Positions 1 through 7,967 of a stretch of 64,000 nucleotides of DNA are shown here, piece by piece (position 1 is the stretch's first letter; each line of letters opens with the position of its first letter). Under the pieces are notes generated by a model. It did no database searches. It worked only from the letters and a program-made list of their open reading frames with translations, and had not been told where the DNA came from. The stretch covers positions 6,768-70,767 of the forward strand of contig OZ219934.1 of assembly GCA_964291465.2 (NCBI GenBank), in the 5' to 3' direction. Source of the DNA: Dehalococcoidia bacterium. GTDB taxonomy: Bacteria > Chloroflexota > Dehalococcoidia > Lucifugimonadales > JAGWBF01. The position numbers and the translations under genes are program-made.

Positions 1-98
1 AAGAGGGCGGTGAAGAAGGCGTCCAACGCCCCCTGCCATACGAAGACCACGCCGATGACGGCGCCCAGGGCCGCTCCGAATATCTGCGGTCTGCCCAT
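1..98 (-). CDS. DUF2273-like small membrane protein (N-terminal part only, gene runs off window start)
   Basis: Minus-strand ATG (cat 96-98) opens MGRPQIFGAALGAVIGVVFVWQGALDAFFTAL... and continues past position 1. It is a small hydrophobic Gly/Ala-rich product 18 nt downstream of the AmaP-like gene, the slot DUF2273 proteins occupy in asp23 loci (family recalled from memory). Confidence 0.5.
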   Translation of the reverse strand, partial: MGRPQIFGAALGAVIGVVFVWQGALDAFFTAL

Positions 99-116
99 TT
101 CTCTGCCTAAGGCCGC

Positions 117-731
117 CTAGGAGGCGATCAGCCTCCCCTCTTCCCCACGGTCGAACTTGCAGTGGACGTCCACCAGCATCACGACCAAGCCGGTGAGCCT
201 CTCCACCGCCTCCTTGATGCGTGTCTGGAGGTCATCGCTGATCTCCTGGGTGCTGCTGCCCAGGACCAGCCTGGGATAGCAGGTGATGGTGACTCTCGAG
301 GGACCGACGCCGCGGCGGCCGCCCCTCCGCAGCTTGACCTTGCAGCGCAAGGAGTTCACGTTCCGGTTGACGATGCCGGTGCGTTCGGCCAGGAGCCGGA
401 CGCTGTCGATGTCGATGGTGGAGCCGCCCTCGGGGGCGTTCTCGATGAGCAGCGGCCGCCGCCTTCTGAAGAGGGGGCTCGCCTCCAGGAGCATGAAGCC
501 CAGCATCGCCACGGAGACACCGATGCCCACCCCCAGGGTGACGTTGTAGGACGCGCCCTTGAAACCGGCCAGGCCGTCGAGCTGGTCGTAGAACCAGGAG
601 CTCGAACCCGAGCCTCCGGGAAGGAAGTCCGGGTCCAGCGCCCTGGTGACTGCCAGGCACACGACCACAGCCGAGACCAGAACCAGGACGGCGACGAGCA
701 AGACCAGTAGACGATTGAGGCGGTCTATCAT
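117..731 (-). CDS. amaP: Alkaline shock response membrane anchor protein AmaP-like
   Basis: 204-aa ORF with an N-terminal anchor helix (LNRLLVLLVAVLVLVSAVVVCLAV), a second hydrophobic segment and a soluble C-terminus. It lies directly downstream of two Asp23 genes on the same strand. The call rests on architecture and position; there is no catalytic motif to verify. Confidence 0.6.
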   Translation of the reverse strand: MIDRLNRLLVLLVAVLVLVSAVVVCLAVTRALDPDFLPGGSGSSSWFYDQLDGLAGFKGASYNVTLGVGIGVSVAMLGFMLLEASPLFRRRRPLLIENAPEGGSTIDIDSVRLLAERTGIVNRNVNSLRCKVKLRRGGRRGVGPSRVTITCYPRLVLGSSTQEISDDLQTRIKEAVERLTGLVVMLVDVHCKFDRGEEGRLIAS

Positions 732-818
732 ATGCAGTCACCTCTGAGGGGCATGCCCTTCGGCATACCCCTCAGACCAGGGACTCAGCCAGGGACCGCC
801 GGCGGCGGCCCTGCGGGG

Positions 819-1253
819 TTACTCGACCCTCCCGGGCATCCTCTCGGGGAACTCGATGCCGACGACATCCACGTTGATCTCCTTGGCCACCAGACCACAG
901 AGGGTCAGCAGCCGCGCTGCGACGTTATGACGCACCTCCACCACCGTCTCGGGGATGCTGTACCCGTACAGGACCCGGAGGTCGATGTCCAATATCGCCT
1001 CCCGCCGGCCCGCCTCCACACCGACTCCCCGCGCCCGCTCCTCGCGTCCGCCCACCCGCTCGGCGATGGCCGCGCGGATGCTGGAGGTACCCAGGGACGC
1101 TACTCCCTCCACCTCCCTGGCGGCGACTCCCGCGATGGCGGCGATCACCTCGTCCTGGATGTCCGTCTCGCCCCCGACCTCGATCTCCTCCAGCTTCGCC
1201 AGGTCTTCCATCCGGGCTGCCATCTCTTGCTCTTTGATCCTCTCTGGTGCCAT
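819..1253 (-). CDS. Asp23/Gls24 family envelope stress protein
   Basis: Internal ATG at 1253 is preceded by AGGAGGAC (rc of 1261-1268). The product has DEVIAAIAGVAAREVEGVASLG ... ILDIDLRVLYGYSIPE ... LCGLVAKEINVDVVGIEF, the Asp23 signature. The ORF-track start at 1391 was rejected because its Arg/Gly-rich extension overlaps the upstream gene. Confidence 0.85.
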   Translation of the reverse strand: MAPERIKEQEMAARMEDLAKLEEIEVGGETDIQDEVIAAIAGVAAREVEGVASLGTSSIRAAIAERVGGREERARGVGVEAGRREAILDIDLRVLYGYSIPETVVEVRHNVAARLLTLCGLVAKEINVDVVGIEFPERMPGRVE

Positions 1254-1309
1254 GTTGCTGGTCCTCCTTTCGACGAGAGTTAGCTCTCCGGCTTCGACGG
1301 GATGCCGGG

Positions 1310-1942
1310 CTACTCGACCCTGCCCGGCATCCTGTCCGGAAACTCCATCCCTACGACCCGTACGTTGATCTCCTTGGCCACCAGGCCGCACAGGGTCAGC
1401 AGGTTCGCGGCCACGGCCCTTCGGACCGTCGCGACCACGGTGGGTATGCTGTGGCCGTAGGCGACCTTGATGCTGATGTCCAGGATGGCCTCCCGCGTCC
1501 CGACCTCCACCTGCACGCCCCGGGCCCGCCTCTCGGCGCCGCCAAGACGCTCGCTCAGGGTACGGCGGAGGGACGTGGTCCCCAGGGAGGCCACCCCGTC
1601 GACGGACTGTGTCGCCACGCCGGCTATGGCCCCGATGACCTCGGGCTGGATGTTGGTCATTCCGCCGACCGGGATCTCCTCCAAGCGACGGATCTCTTCC
1701 ATCTTGGACATCATCTCCAGCTCTCGTATCGTCAGGTGGCCCATGACCAGGGCGCCCGCAGCCACCGACAGCTCCCCTGGGGCGCTCTCCCTGTCCCGGC
1801 CGCCCTCCGGGGCGTTGGCTTCGCCCTTGGCAAACCGGCCGGTCGGGCGCGACCTCGTAGGAGCCGCGGTGGCGGCGTCGTTTAGCTGGCCCTCGGTCTG
1901 CAGGCCGTCGGGGTCACCGGTGTCTCGTACCTTCTCTGCCAT
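1310..1942 (-). CDS. Asp23/Gls24 family protein (paralogue with N-terminal low-complexity extension)
   Basis: The C-terminal 140 aa parallel the neighbouring gene (PEVIGAIAGVATQSVDGVASLG ... ILDISIKVAYGHSIPT ... LCGLVAKEINVRVVGMEF). The start is uncertain: ATG 1942 or an internal Met. Confidence 0.8.
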   Translation of the reverse strand: MAEKVRDTGDPDGLQTEGQLNDAATAAPTRSRPTGRFAKGEANAPEGGRDRESAPGELSVAAGALVMGHLTIRELEMMSKMEEIRRLEEIPVGGMTNIQPEVIGAIAGVATQSVDGVASLGTTSLRRTLSERLGGAERRARGVQVEVGTREAILDISIKVAYGHSIPTVVATVRRAVAANLLTLCGLVAKEINVRVVGMEFPDRMPGRVE

Positions 1943-1974
1943 CTGACTCCTTTCTCTTCTGGCTATCGTAGGGA

Positions 1975-1988
1975 AGTGAACGTTTACT
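1975..1988. promoter_or_regulatory. Imperfect 14-bp palindrome AGTGAACGTTTACT (candidate TetR operator)
   Basis: 6 of 7 arm pairs match around an AACGTT core. It lies in the AT-rich divergent region between the asp23 operon and the TetR gene. Confidence 0.3.
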
Positions 1989-2030
1989 TACTTTCGATGC
2001 TATCACGCGTGTCCGCTAGTGTCAACCCCC

Positions 2031-2059
2031 TTGTAGCCGTATGAAACTTATGATATAGT
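2031..2059 (+). promoter_or_regulatory. Sigma-70-like promoter for the TetR gene
   Basis: TTGTAG (2031-2036), 17-nt spacer, TGa-TATAGT (extended -10, 2051-2059). It lies 62 nt upstream of ATG 2121. Confidence 0.45.
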
Positions 2060-2067
2060 CCGTTCTT

Positions 2068-2083
2068 GTGAGTATATATTCAC
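2068..2083. promoter_or_regulatory. 16-bp near-palindrome GTGAGTATATATTCAC (candidate TetR autoregulatory operator)
   Basis: 7 of 8 arm pairs match (1 mismatched pair). It sits 9 nt downstream of the predicted -10, the position expected for a repressor operator. Confidence 0.35.
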
Positions 2084-2120
2084 TTCTCATACAAGTTAAG
2101 GGACCAACCGGCGGGGCGAT

Positions 2121-2789
2121 ATGACGACGGTGCACCTGGGTTCAGGGGTCCGCCGGGCCCAGATCGTCCAGACCGCCAGAAGGATCGTCGCGGACGAGGG
2201 TATGGCTTCCCTCACCATCAATGGTCTGGCCACCGCCGTGGGTGTGTCGGAGGCGGCCATCTACCGGCACTTCAAGAGCAAGGACGATATCCTCCTGGCC
2301 CTGGTCAGAGAGATAGAACGCAACCTGCTGCGGATCATCTCCGACTCCGCCCGTCCCGAGGAGAGCTCCTTGGACCGGCTGCGGCGTTTGCTGAGGCGCC
2401 ACTTCTCCTCCCTAGAGAGGAGGAACGCCGTCTCCTTCGTGGTCATCGCCGAGGCGATGTGTTTCGCCGACGACCGGGTGAAGCAGGCCGCCCGACAGAT
2501 GGTGGAACGATACCTGGAGACGATAGCCGCGATTCTCAAGGAGGGCGCCGCCAAGGGAGAGGTGCACCCCGGAGTGGACGTGAAGGCCGCCGCCATCATG
2601 TTCTTCGGCATGGTCCAGGCCAGCGTCACCCTCTGGACCTTCAGCAACAGGGCCCATCCCCTCTCCCAACACAGCGCGGCCCTGTGGGGGATGCTCAAGG
2701 AAGGGGTCACCTGCCAGGACGGCGGCGGACGTTCCGAGCCCGTCGTCAGGCGCAAGACCCGCAGGACCCGCCCGGTCGAGGGGTCCTAG
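2121..2789 (+). CDS. TetR/AcrR family transcriptional regulator
   Basis: N-terminal HTH ASLTINGLATAVGVSEAAIYRHFKSKDDILLALV is typical of TetR_N. It is followed by a helical C-terminal domain. Confidence 0.85.
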   Translation: MTTVHLGSGVRRAQIVQTARRIVADEGMASLTINGLATAVGVSEAAIYRHFKSKDDILLALVREIERNLLRIISDSARPEESSLDRLRRLLRRHFSSLERRNAVSFVVIAEAMCFADDRVKQAARQMVERYLETIAAILKEGAAKGEVHPGVDVKAAAIMFFGMVQASVTLWTFSNRAHPLSQHSAALWGMLKEGVTCQDGGGRSEPVVRRKTRRTRPVEGS

Positions 2790-2868
2790 TCCAGCGCGAA
2801 GGAGTCCCTGCGGCAACCCCGGCCGACCTCTGACGGGCAAGCACAGGGAACGACAGCCCCAATTCGCC

Positions 2869-4260
2869 ATGGAACAGCCACGCGACTCCATTCCCGATGC
2901 CCTGGGACACGAGCGGGAGCTCATGACCCGGGTCCGGGAGCTACTCGAAGGGCCCCAGCCCCAGTCGGCCTTGGCCCACTTCCAGGAGGTCCATCCCGCC
3001 GACCAGGCCCAGCTCCTGTCGGAGGTCGACCTGGCGCGGCGGCAGGCCCTGCTGGAGCTGCTCCAACCTAGCCAGGCCGCCCTGGTGCTGGAGCAGATGC
3101 ACCCGGAGGAGGCCGCAGAGGCCGTGGGAGCAATGGGGCCCGGGACCCTCTCGGCCATCCTGGACGAGGCCGGCCCCGACGTGGCCGCCGACATCCTGAA
3201 GAGGCTGCCCGAGGAGCAGTCCCTCCAGACTCTCCAGGGGATGGGTGAAGTAGAGGACGTAACTCCCCTTCTGGAGTATGCCGACGACACCGCGGGCGGC
3301 ATCATGACCACCGAGTACGTCTCCGTCCGCGCCGATACCACGGCCGCCATCGCCCTGGACATCCTCAGGGTACGAGCCGAAGGGCGGGTGCGGGCCGAGG
3401 GAGTGGACGACGTCGGCTCCCTGCTGGTGGTGGACGATTCCAGAAGACTGGTGGGGTCCTTGGGGGTCACGCGGCTGGCCCTGGCCCGCCCCACCCTCCT
3501 GGTGGCCGACATCATGGACCCCGAGGTGCGGCACGTCGCCCCCGACACGGACCAGGAGGAGTGCGCGTCGCTGGCGGAGAGGTACGACCTGAGCTATCTC
3601 CCGGTGGTGGACGAGGAGCGGCGCCTGCTGGGTGTGATACTGGTGCAGGACCTGGTGGACGTCATTGAGCAGGAGGCCACCGAGGACATGTACCACATGG
3701 CCAGGATAGGGCCGGAGCGGCTGTTCGGCCCGATCCTGGGATCGGTGGGGAGGCGCTTGCCCTGGCTGTACCTGAACCTGGCCACCACCATCCTGGCCGC
3801 CCTGGTCATCAACCTCTTCGAGTCTACCGTCGCCCGGGTGGTGGCCCTGGCCATGTTCCTGCCCGTGGTGGCGGGCCAGGGCGGCATCGGGGGCACCCAG
3901 ACCCTCACGCTGGTCATCCGCGGCATCGCCCTGGGAGACCTCCCGGGACGCCGTGCCCTCTCCCTGCTGGGCCGGGAGCTGGTCCTGGGGCTGATACACG
4001 GTGTGCTGCTGGGCACAGTCATAGGCGTGGTGGCCTTCCTCTGGAAGGGCAACGGCATGCTGGGAGTCGTCGTCGGCCTGGCGGTGGGCGCCAACATGGT
4101 AATCGCGGGCATGGTCGGGGCGGCCACCCCGCTGGTGCTCCGCGCCCTGAGGATGGACCCGGCGCTGGGGGCGGCCGTCGTCGTCACCACCGTCGCCGAC
4201 GTGGTGGGATTCCTGATCTTCCTGGGCATCGCCGCGTCCCTGATAAGCACCCTGGCCTAG
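2869..4260 (+). CDS. mgtE: Magnesium transporter MgtE
   Basis: Acidic MgtE_N helical domain, tandem CBS region (RYDLSYLPVVDEERRLLGVI), and a C-terminal TM domain with FLPVVAGQGGIGGTQTLTLVIRGIALGD. Confidence 0.9.
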   Translation: MEQPRDSIPDALGHERELMTRVRELLEGPQPQSALAHFQEVHPADQAQLLSEVDLARRQALLELLQPSQAALVLEQMHPEEAAEAVGAMGPGTLSAILDEAGPDVAADILKRLPEEQSLQTLQGMGEVEDVTPLLEYADDTAGGIMTTEYVSVRADTTAAIALDILRVRAEGRVRAEGVDDVGSLLVVDDSRRLVGSLGVTRLALARPTLLVADIMDPEVRHVAPDTDQEECASLAERYDLSYLPVVDEERRLLGVILVQDLVDVIEQEATEDMYHMARIGPERLFGPILGSVGRRLPWLYLNLATTILAALVINLFESTVARVVALAMFLPVVAGQGGIGGTQTLTLVIRGIALGDLPGRRALSLLGRELVLGLIHGVLLGTVIGVVAFLWKGNGMLGVVVGLAVGANMVIAGMVGAATPLVLRALRMDPALGAAVVVTTVADVVGFLIFLGIAASLISTLA

Positions 4261-4292
4261 CCCCATCCGCCTCCCCCCTTTCCCACTCCCCG

Positions 4293-4321
4293 TTGACTGC
4301 ACCGTGGGTCGATGCTAGTGT
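4293..4321 (+). promoter_or_regulatory. Sigma-70-like promoter for the ThDP-enzyme gene
   Basis: TTGACT (4293-4298), 17-nt spacer, TGc-TAGTGT (4313-4321). Confidence 0.4.
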
Positions 4322-4360
4322 GAGGTGGAGCCGGGAGCACAGCCGAAGGGAGCCCACGCC

Positions 4361-6034
4361 ATGCCGACCATGACCGGAAAAAGGGCTTTAGTAGAGATGC
4401 TCATCGCCGAGGGCGTGGAGTACGTGTTCGGCAACCCGGGCACCAGCGAGACACCCTTCATGGACGCCCTCCAGGACTATCCGCAGCTCAACTTCATGCT
4501 GTCGCTCCAGGAGAACTCCGCGGTGGCCATGGCCGACGGCTACGCCCGCGGGGCCGGCAAGCCCGCCTTCGTCAACCTGCACATCGCCGGGGGCCTCGCC
4601 GGCGGCATCAGCATGCTCTACGACTCCTTCAAGGGCGGCACGCCCCTGGTGCTCACCGCCGGGAACTCGGACACCCGCCAGTTCCTTACGGACCCGGTCC
4701 TCTCCGGCGACCTGGTGGAGATGACCAGGCAGTACACCAAGTGGAGCGTAGAGGTACGGCACGCCTCGGAGATACCCATCGCCATGCGGAGGGCCTTCAG
4801 GGAAGCCAAGACGCCGCCCACCGGGCCGGTGTTCATAAGCTTTCCCTGGGACTCGTTGGACGACACGGCGGATATAGACATAGTCCCCTCATCGGCGGGG
4901 TACCACCGCATCCGCCCGGACGTGGCGGCGGTGTCGAAGGCCGCGGACATCCTGGGCAGTGCGGCGAGCCCGGTGATGGTGGTCGGAGACCGGGTCGCCC
5001 AATCCGGGGCGGTCTCCGACGCGGTACAGGTGGCCGAGCTGCTGGGGGCCAGGGTTTACGCCGCGGCCTACACCGAGGTCAACTTCCCCACCAGCCATCC
5101 CCAGTTCGCCGGGGTCCTGAACCTGAACAGCCCAGGCTCCCGGGACAAGCTGGCCGGCGCCGACGCGCTCCTGGCGGTGGGCACCAACGTGTTCTCCTCC
5201 TTCCTCTACGTGCCCCAACCCTATGTGAACCCCCGGACTCGCCTGGTCCACCTGGACAGCGCATACCGGGAGGTGGAGAAGGTGTACCCCACCGAGGTGG
5301 CCATGGTCGCCGACCCAAGGGCCGGTCTCGTGGAGCTGGCCGACGCCCTGGAGCAGGGGATGCCGGGCTCAGCGCGGGAGGCGGCCCGGACCAGGGCTGC
5401 GGAGATCGCCCGGGAGAAGGCGCGGGGCAGAGAGGCCCACCAGGCCCGGGTCCGCGAGCGTTGGGACAGCAGCCCCATGTCGGTGGAGCGAATGATGGCC
5501 GAGCTGGCCGGGGCCCTGCCCTCCGACGCCATCATCGGGGACGAGTCGATCACATCCAGGGGGGCCATGCTGGGCGCCATGGACTTCGACGAGCCCGGCA
5601 GCCTCTACGCCGAGCAGGGCGGAGCACTGGGCTGGGGCATGCCGGGCCCGCTGGGCCTGAAGCTAGCCAACCCCGACCGCCCGGTGGTCGCGGTGGTGGG
5701 CGACGGCTCGTCCATGTACACCATCCAGGCGCTATGGACGGCCGCCCGCTACGATATTCCGGTGACCTGGGTGATCTGCAACAACCGCACGTACCGCATC
5801 CTCAAGGTGAACATGGAGATATACCTGAGGGACATGCTCAAGGACAAGGACCGCCGGAGCCAGTACCTGGGCATGGACTTCCCCCTGCCCCTTGACGTGG
5901 CCGGCGTGGCCCGGGCGTTCGGCGTCCACGGCCGTACCGTGGAGGACCCGGCGGAGCTGCGGCCGGCGCTGGACGAGGCCTTCGCCCTGGGAAAGCCGGC
6001 CGTGGTGGACGTGGTAATAGACGGCTCCGTCTAG
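4361..6034 (+). CDS. Thiamine-diphosphate-dependent enzyme (benzoylformate decarboxylase / acetolactate synthase large-subunit family)
   Basis: ATG 4361 follows GAAGGGA. The N-terminus has VEYVFGNPGTSE and the C-terminus has the ThDP motif GDGSSMYTIQALWTAARYDIPVTWVICNN. Substrate is not assignable. Confidence 0.85.
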   Translation: MPTMTGKRALVEMLIAEGVEYVFGNPGTSETPFMDALQDYPQLNFMLSLQENSAVAMADGYARGAGKPAFVNLHIAGGLAGGISMLYDSFKGGTPLVLTAGNSDTRQFLTDPVLSGDLVEMTRQYTKWSVEVRHASEIPIAMRRAFREAKTPPTGPVFISFPWDSLDDTADIDIVPSSAGYHRIRPDVAAVSKAADILGSAASPVMVVGDRVAQSGAVSDAVQVAELLGARVYAAAYTEVNFPTSHPQFAGVLNLNSPGSRDKLAGADALLAVGTNVFSSFLYVPQPYVNPRTRLVHLDSAYREVEKVYPTEVAMVADPRAGLVELADALEQGMPGSAREAARTRAAEIAREKARGREAHQARVRERWDSSPMSVERMMAELAGALPSDAIIGDESITSRGAMLGAMDFDEPGSLYAEQGGALGWGMPGPLGLKLANPDRPVVAVVGDGSSMYTIQALWTAARYDIPVTWVICNNRTYRILKVNMEIYLRDMLKDKDRRSQYLGMDFPLPLDVAGVARAFGVHGRTVEDPAELRPALDEAFALGKPAVVDVVIDGSV

Positions 6035-6933
6035 GAGTCGCGGGGGATGGGAGTACCGGGTGTGTTGACCCGGACCGTATAGACCGAGGTCCGGGCCGTG
6101 AGGAACAGGGTGCGGTTGTCCGACCCGCCCCAGGCGCAGTTGGCGGGCACCTCGCCGGTGCGCAGGTCCCCAACGTGGTTGCCGTCCTTGTCGTAGATCT
6201 GGGTGCCCCCGTTCCCGGTGCACCACACGCGGCCTTCCATGTCCACCTTCATGCCGTCGGGCACCCCCGGCAGGTCCGATGACATGTCGGCGAAGACCCG
6301 GTTGTTGCTCAGGGAGCCGTCGGCGGCCACGTCGAAGGCCCGGATGAGCCGGTGGGGGCACACCTCGCTCCGCTCCTCCTCCTTGAGGCAGTCCAGGTTC
6401 TTCCGGCTTATGGCCACGTACAGGATGGACTCGTCGGGGGAGAAGGCCAGTCCGTTGGGATACTCGCACTCGTCGGTGGCCAGGCCCATCTTGCCGTCGG
6501 GCGAGACCGTGTAAACGCCGGCGAACTTGATCTCCCGCTCCTCCATCGGCACGCGGCCGCCGGGGTCCGTGAAGAAGATGGTCCCGTCGGAGCGGCCCAC
6601 CACGTCGTTGGGAGCCGTGAGGCGCTTGCCCTCCCACGTGTCGGCCACGACCGTCATCGCCCCTTCGCCGTCGAAGCGGACCACTCGCCGGGCAGCCATC
6701 TGGCACATCAGGAGGCGGCCCTGCTTGTCGAAGGTCAGGCCGTTGCCGCCCTGGGTGCCCTCCATCGCCACGTAGGGTGACTGGCCGGGCACCCACTTCA
6801 GCAGGTGGTTGTTGGGGATGTCGCTGAAGTAGAGGTAGCTGTCGGGGTGCCAGACCGGACCCTCGGTGAAGCCAAACCCCGAGGCCAGCATCTCGGGCTC
6901 CCCCCTTACGATGGACGATAGCTGGTCGCTCAT
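6031..6933 (-). CDS. SMP-30/gluconolactonase/LRE family protein
   Basis: GFTEGPVWHP...LYFSDI...NGL.F...GRL motifs of a six-bladed lactonase. SD GGAGGTG lies before ATG 6933. Confidence 0.85.
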   Translation of the reverse strand: MSDQLSSIVRGEPEMLASGFGFTEGPVWHPDSYLYFSDIPNNHLLKWVPGQSPYVAMEGTQGGNGLTFDKQGRLLMCQMAARRVVRFDGEGAMTVVADTWEGKRLTAPNDVVGRSDGTIFFTDPGGRVPMEEREIKFAGVYTVSPDGKMGLATDECEYPNGLAFSPDESILYVAISRKNLDCLKEEERSEVCPHRLIRAFDVAADGSLSNNRVFADMSSDLPGVPDGMKVDMEGRVWCTGNGGTQIYDKDGNHVGDLRTGEVPANCAWGGSDNRTLFLTARTSVYTVRVNTPGTPIPRDS

Positions 6934-6952
6934 CTGAACACCTCCGGTGAAA

Positions 6953-7924
6953 TCAGATCTCCGGCAAGAGCATGACGGTCACCTTCTCTCGTTCCGCCAA
7001 GGCCCTTCGGGGGTCGTCGACATGGGCGCTGATGACGGCCGGCAACACCTGTCGCCCAGTCACGGCCGACAGTGCGGCAGCCCGGCGGGCCGCCCTTACT
7101 ATATCCGAGTCGCCGGCGGTGATGGAGACCTCGGCGGCCACGTGGACAGGCACGCCGTCAGGGCTTCGCTGGGCGGCGAATACGAGGTCCATCTGCAGGA
7201 GGTCCGAGAACTGGTCCGGTGTTACGGTCCCGGCGTCACGGGCATCTTCGAGGAGGTCGGAGAACTGGCTGTCGAAGCCGGTCCACGCCCCCAACAAGAC
7301 CCTGACCCTGGAAAGGCCGAGGTCACGGTCTGCCATGCTACGGATTGCTTTCTCGGCTCTGTGTTCGTAGTACGCGCCCATTCCGTTGTCGACCCTGCCG
7401 GTTAGCCTGTTCAGGCCTGCCACCAGGCGGTCTTGGCCGTCCTCAAGACGGTCGAGACGCTGGTACACCATCTGAAAGTTCTGCTGGGTCACGGCGATAA
7501 ACTCGTCCAGCCTCTTGTCCAGCGCAGCGAAGTTCCGTTGAGTCGCTGAGATGAAGTCGTCCAGCCTCTTGTCCAGCGCAGCGATCCGCTGGTCCATGGC
7601 CGCGAAATTCCGACCGGTCGCCTCTATGAACTCATCCAGCCTCTTGTCCAGCGCAGCGAAATTCCGACCGGTCGCCTCTATGAACTCGTCCAGCCTCTTG
7701 TCCAGCGCAGAGATCCGCTGGTCAACGCCCGCCAGATTCCTGTCGGTCGCCTCTACGAACGAGGCCAGCACCGCCGGTAGTCGGGAGACTTCCTCCCCAA
7801 GGACGAGGGCCCGGATGGTCTCCCTCCATTCCGGGTGCTCCCGAAGGGTCCGGGCCAGGTCGCTTATGTCGTTGATCGTAGTCATGGCTATCGATGCGCC
7901 TGTGACAAATTGTACTTCATCCAC
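6953..7924 (-). CDS. Coiled-coil repeat protein with C-terminal PD-(D/E)xK-like domain (DUF3782-type architecture, hypothetical)
   Basis: 323-aa ORF starting at GTG 7924. The central part is built of 18-aa units ALDKRLDEFIEATGRNFA. The C-terminal ~150 aa (YYEHRAEKAIR ... MDLVFAA ... VHVAAEVSIT ... DIVRAARRAAAL) have the D...E-x-(K/S) spacing seen in nuclease-fold proteins. Recognition is by pattern only. Confidence 0.6.
   Translation of the reverse strand: MDEVQFVTGASIAMTTINDISDLARTLREHPEWRETIRALVLGEEVSRLPAVLASFVEATDRNLAGVDQRISALDKRLDEFIEATGRNFAALDKRLDEFIEATGRNFAAMDQRIAALDKRLDDFISATQRNFAALDKRLDEFIAVTQQNFQMVYQRLDRLEDGQDRLVAGLNRLTGRVDNGMGAYYEHRAEKAIRSMADRDLGLSRVRVLLGAWTGFDSQFSDLLEDARDAGTVTPDQFSDLLQMDLVFAAQRSPDGVPVHVAAEVSITAGDSDIVRAARRAAALSAVTGRQVLPAVISAHVDDPRRALAEREKVTVMLLPEI
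7497..7760 (-). repeat. In-frame tandem coding repeats (54-nt unit, plus 21-nt insert units)
   Basis: The core TCCAGCCTCTTGTCCAGCGCAG recurs at 7506, 7560, 7635 and 7689. Units 7602-7655 and 7656-7709 are identical at 53 of 54 nt (a/g at 7634 versus 7688). Confidence 0.9.
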
Positions 7925-7967
7925 CTCAGTTATAGCAAAGCTTGTCGGGTTTCGCCGCCCCCTTCGG

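Noticed and set aside
2790-2868. Possible M-box (Mg2+) riboswitch upstream of mgtE.
   Set aside because: Only 79 nt separate the TetR stop from the mgtE start, which is too short for the ~160-nt M-box. I see no conserved M-box helices.
2412-4302. Long ORFs antisense to or overlapping mgtE (2412-3548 -, 2941-4302 -, 3594-4250 -). The same kind of ORF appears across the window, for example 5732-6796 -, 9396-11165 +, 13050-14153 -, 17815-19170 -, 19404-20822 +, 21378-23636 -, 23971-25287 -, 36747-37793 +, 46184-48046 +, 47701-49602 +, 50659-52308 +, 57962-59359 + and 60186-61736 +.
   Set aside because: These are shadow ORFs typical of ~70% GC DNA. Their products are Arg/Gly/Pro/His-rich low-complexity sequences without motifs. 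Each overlaps a gene on another frame or strand that has clear family signatures.
7497-7760. Tandem repeats that might be mistaken for a CRISPR array. The same applies to the 29-nt exact repeat pair inside the pentapeptide gene at 30496-30584.
   Set aside because: The repeats are contiguous or in phase with a reading frame (54-nt units = 18 aa; 60-nt offset = 20 aa). There are no unique spacers and no cas genes. They are coding repeats.
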